Below are positions 15,113-18,062 of a DNA stretch of 18,062 nucleotides, piece after piece. Numbering within the stretch: position 1 is the first letter of the stretch; the number at the start of each line of letters is the position of its first letter. The position numbers and the translations under genes are program-made. The notes under the pieces were generated by a model. That model ran no database searches and was not told where the DNA came from. It saw only the letters and a program-made list of their open reading frames with translations. Source of the DNA: Anaeromyxobacteraceae bacterium (GTDB lineage: Bacteria; Myxococcota; Myxococcia; Myxococcales; Anaeromyxobacteraceae); the NCBI GenBank assembly GCA_035465955.1, contig DATIVK010000153.1, positions 1 through 18,062 of the forward strand, read 5' to 3'.

Positions 15113-17338
15113 GTGATCGTGAAGGGATTCCTGCGGTTCGCGCTGACGTTCGCCATCACGCTCGCGGTGATCGCGTGGGGTGCGTCCGAGCTCTTCAACC
15201 GGCAGGCGCGCCGCTGGGCCGAGCGGGACACCGCGATGCGCGCCCGGGTGGTGCTCGCCGGGGCCCGGCCGGCGCTCGGCTCCGCCGGCGGGGAGAGCGC
15301 GCGCGTCGTGGACGCCCTGGTCCGCGACGAGCGGCTCATGGGGGCGGCGGTCTGCCGCCGCGACGGCCGGACGGAGGCCGCGAGCCACGACTACCCGCAC
15401 GAGCTCGCCTGCGGCAGGCTGCCGCAAGACGCGCTCGCGGCGGGGGCCAGGGGGTGGGACCTCTCGACCGGAGGCGCCGTCGGCTCGGTGCACGTGGCCG
15501 TCCTCCCCGTCGCCGAGGAGGGCGACGGCGACCGCCTCCTCGTCCTCGTCCACGACATGAGCTACGTGGACCGGCGCGCCGACGCGACGCGCCGCTACAC
15601 CTTCTTCGCGTTCGCCCTCGTGGGGCTCGTGGGGGCGGTCCTCGCGCGCGCCGTCGCGCGGCTGACCTGGCGGTCCTGGACCGCGGAGCTGCGCAGGCTG
15701 CTCGTCGCCCCCTTCACGCTCCACGCGCCGAAGGCGCGCCGCTTCCAGCCCCTGCTCGCCGACGTGCGGGACCTCGTCTCCACGCTCACCGCGGAGGAGG
15801 CGCGCGTCGGCTCCGCGTGGACGCCCGAGCGGCTCCGGCAGATCCTCCACCGCAACCTCCGCGGCGAGGGGATCGTCGTGGTCGCGAACCGGGAGCCGTA
15901 CATCCACGATCGGGCCCCGGACGGATCGATCCGCGTCCTCCACCCGGCGTCGGGGCTCGTCACGGCCCTCGAGCCGATCATGCGCGCCTGCTCCGGAACC
16001 TGGATCGCACACGGCAGCGGGACCGCCGATCGCGAGACGGTGGACGCGCAGGATCGCGTCCGCGTCCCGCCCGGGGAGGAGGCCTACACCATCCGGCGGA
16101 TCTGGCTCAGCAAGGAGGAGGAGCGCGGCTACTACTACGGCTTCTCCAACGAGGGGCTCTGGCCGCTGTGCCACATCTCGCACACGCGCCCCGAGTTCCG
16201 CGTCTCCGACTGGGAGCAGTACCGGAAGGTGAACCGGCGCTTCGCGGAGGCGGTCGCCGCGGAGGCCGACGTCCCCGACCCGATCGTGCTGGTGCAGGAC
16301 TACCACTACGCGCTGCTGCCGAAGTACCTGCGCGAGCTCCGGCCGCGCGCGACGATCCTCACCTTCTGGCACATCCCGTGGCCCAACGCCGAGCGGTTCG
16401 GGATCTGCCCGTGGGAGCGCGCGATCCTGGAGGGGATGCTCGGGTCGACCATCGTCGGGTTCCACACGCAGGCCCACTGCAACAACTTCATCGAGTCGAT
16501 CGATCGCTTCCTGGAGTCGCGCATCGACCGGGAGCGCCAGTCGGTGGTGCTCGGGGGGCGCGAGACCCTGGTGCGGGCCTACCCGATCTCGATCGAGTGG
16601 CCGAGCCGCTGGGCGGCCGGGGCGCCGACGGTGCCCGACTGCCGGGAGGAGGTGCGGCGCGAGCTGGGGCTGCCCCGCGGCGCGGTGCTCGGCGTCGGCG
16701 TGGACCGCCTCGACTACACTAAGGGGATCGAGGAGCGGCTGCTGGCGGTGGAGCGCTTCCTGGAGCTGCACGCCGAGTGGCGCGGGCGGTTCACCTTCGC
16801 GCAGGTGGCCGCCCCGAGCCGCACGATCATCGAGGCCTACCGGGCGCTCGACGAGCGGGTGGAGGCGCTCGCCGAGCGGATCAACGGCCGCTTCGGCACC
16901 TCGCGCTGGAGGCCGATCGTGATGCTCCGCCAGCACCACGAGCCGCCCGCGGTCTTCAAGCTCTACAGGGCCGCCGATCTCTGCTACGTGTCGAGCCTCC
17001 ACGACGGGATGAACCTCGTGGCCAAGGAGTTCGTCGCGAGCCGCGACGACCTCCGGGGCGTCCTCGTCCTCTCCCGCTTCACCGGCGCCGCGCGGGAGCT
17101 CTCCGAGGCGCTCGTGGTCAACCCGTACGACATCGAGGCGGCGGCCGCCGCCCTCCACGCGGCGGTCGAGATGGCGCCCGAGGAGCAGGAGGAGCGGATG
17201 CGATCCATGCGGGCGCTCGTGGCCGAGCTGAACGTCTACCGCTGGGCCGGGAAGATGCTGCTCGACGCCACGCGGGCGCGCCGGCAGGAGCGGCTCGCGA
17301 CGCGCCTCTCCGGCGGCCCCGCCGCGGAGGGGGCGTGA
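15113..17338 (+). CDS. otsA: Trehalose-6-phosphate synthase (GT20) fused to an N-terminal ~250-aa transmembrane / extracytoplasmic sensor-like module, 741 aa
   Basis: The catalytic part (from ~aa 254: IVVVANREPYIH, YYYGFSNEGLWPLCHISHTRPEF, LVQDYHYALLP, DRLDYTKGI, DGMNLVAKEFVAS, VVNPYD) matches OtsA throughout. The N-terminus has TM1 (FLRFALTFAITLAVIAWGA, aa ~6-24) and a ~135-aa hydrophilic domain with two Cys. TM2 follows (YTFFAFALVGLVGAVLARAVARL, aa ~162-184), then a ~65-aa amphipathic linker. The start is the GTG at 15113 as given in the track; its RBS is weak. Confidence 0.88.
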   Translation: MIVKGFLRFALTFAITLAVIAWGASELFNRQARRWAERDTAMRARVVLAGARPALGSAGGESARVVDALVRDERLMGAAVCRRDGRTEAASHDYPHELACGRLPQDALAAGARGWDLSTGGAVGSVHVAVLPVAEEGDGDRLLVLVHDMSYVDRRADATRRYTFFAFALVGLVGAVLARAVARLTWRSWTAELRRLLVAPFTLHAPKARRFQPLLADVRDLVSTLTAEEARVGSAWTPERLRQILHRNLRGEGIVVVANREPYIHDRAPDGSIRVLHPASGLVTALEPIMRACSGTWIAHGSGTADRETVDAQDRVRVPPGEEAYTIRRIWLSKEEERGYYYGFSNEGLWPLCHISHTRPEFRVSDWEQYRKVNRRFAEAVAAEADVPDPIVLVQDYHYALLPKYLRELRPRATILTFWHIPWPNAERFGICPWERAILEGMLGSTIVGFHTQAHCNNFIESIDRFLESRIDRERQSVVLGGRETLVRAYPISIEWPSRWAAGAPTVPDCREEVRRELGLPRGAVLGVGVDRLDYTKGIEERLLAVERFLELHAEWRGRFTFAQVAAPSRTIIEAYRALDERVEALAERINGRFGTSRWRPIVMLRQHHEPPAVFKLYRAADLCYVSSLHDGMNLVAKEFVASRDDLRGVLVLSRFTGAARELSEALVVNPYDIEAAAAALHAAVEMAPEEQEERMRSMRALVAELNVYRWAGKMLLDATRARRQERLATRLSGGPAAEGA

Positions 17339-18062
17339 GGTACCTGCTCGCGCCGTCCGCCGCGCCGGTGATCGCCGGGCTCGGCCGCCCCGGCACGCTG
17401 CTGGTCTTCGACTTCGACGGCACGCTCGCGCCCCTCGTCCGCGCCCGCGGGAGGGCGCGCCTCGGGGAGGGGACGCGCCGCGCCCTCGCCCGCGTCGCGA
17501 AGGCCCTCCCGACGGCGGTGCTCTCGGGGCGGGCCTGGCCCGACCTGGCCGCGAAGGTCGCCGGCGTCCCGGTCCGCTGGGCCGTCGGCGGGCACGGCGC
17601 GGAGTGGCCCGGCGAGGCGCCGCCGCGCCGCTTCGTGCGGCGGGTCGCCGGCTGGCGCCGGGTGCTCGACGGGCGGCTCGCGGCGCTCCAGGGCGTGGAC
17701 GTCGAGGACAAGGAGGTCTCGCTCTCCATCCACTGGCGCGCCGCCCGGGACGCCGCCGCCGCCGGCGCCGCGGTCCTGCAGGCGACCGGCGACCTGCCCG
17801 GCGCGCGGCGGGTCGGAGGCAAGCGGGTGCTCAACGTCGTCCCGGCGGAGGCGCCGGACAAGGGCGGCGCGCTCGCGCGCCTCGTCGCGGAGTCGGGCTG
17901 CGAGCGCGTGCTCTTCGTGGGAGACGACGTGACGGACGAGGCGGGCTTCCGGGCGCGCCTCCCGGTTCCGTCGGTGATGGTCCGCGTCGGGCGCTCGAGG
18001 GAGAGCGCGGCGGCGTGGTACCTGCGCAGCCGCGCCGACGTGGACCGCCTCCTTGGGCGCCA
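17335..18062 (+). CDS. otsB: Trehalose-6-phosphate phosphatase (HAD superfamily), 5' partial - the gene runs off the window end
   Basis: It is absent from the ORF track because no stop falls inside the window. The frame opening at GTG 17335 overlaps the otsA stop (GTGA). It encodes ...GTLLVFDFDGTLAPLV (HAD motif I DxDGT) and ...ERVLFVGDDVTDEAGF (HAD motif IV; cf. E. coli OtsB FLGDDLTDESGF). Confidence 0.8.
   Translation, partial: MRYLLAPSAAPVIAGLGRPGTLLVFDFDGTLAPLVRARGRARLGEGTRRALARVAKALPTAVLSGRAWPDLAAKVAGVPVRWAVGGHGAEWPGEAPPRRFVRRVAGWRRVLDGRLAALQGVDVEDKEVSLSIHWRAARDAAAAGAAVLQATGDLPGARRVGGKRVLNVVPAEAPDKGGALARLVAESGCERVLFVGDDVTDEAGFRARLPVPSVMVRVGRSRESAAAWYLRSRADVDRLLGR

Noticed and set aside
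14993-17158. Upstream 722 aa of the 1270-aa track ORF 13346..17158 (-)
   Set aside because: Only the last 548 aa (from MASFLREPGW) look like a real protein (TreS). The remainder is antisense to otsA and the intergenic region and is arginine- and glycine-rich junk.

Overview
This is an 18 kb window of very GC-rich (roughly 70-75%) bacterial chromosome with strong GC3 codon bias. The composition suggests a high-GC deltaproteobacterium or myxobacterium (Anaeromyxobacter-like); that is inference, not identification. I see no rRNA, tRNA, CRISPR array or mobile element. Because stop codons are rare, the six-frame track contains many long antisense or overlapping ORFs that are artifacts. I count 13 credible genes, in order:

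1. ackA-pta acetate operon (- strand).
2. A secreted dienelactone hydrolase (+).
3. A LysR regulator (-) divergent from a YceI-family gene (+).
4. A membrane metallophosphoesterase (-).
5. A three-gene + strand operon: a divergent glycosyltransferase-A-fold protein that I tentatively match from memory to the GpgS/GT81 family, then an internally duplicated small membrane protein, then MalQ 4-alpha-glucanotransferase.
6. A large flotillin/SPFH protein (-) with tandem N-terminal repeats.
7. treS trehalose synthase (-).
8. Divergently, an otsA-otsB pair (+), in which OtsA carries an N-terminal two-transmembrane sensor-like extension.

The right two-thirds of the window reads as a trehalose / alpha-glucan / membrane-stress (osmoadaptation-like) neighbourhood. 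Its most unusual elements are the sensor-fused OtsA, the repeat-expanded flotillin and the GT-like/membrane-protein/malQ operon. All functional calls come from motif recognition by eye; no searches were run.
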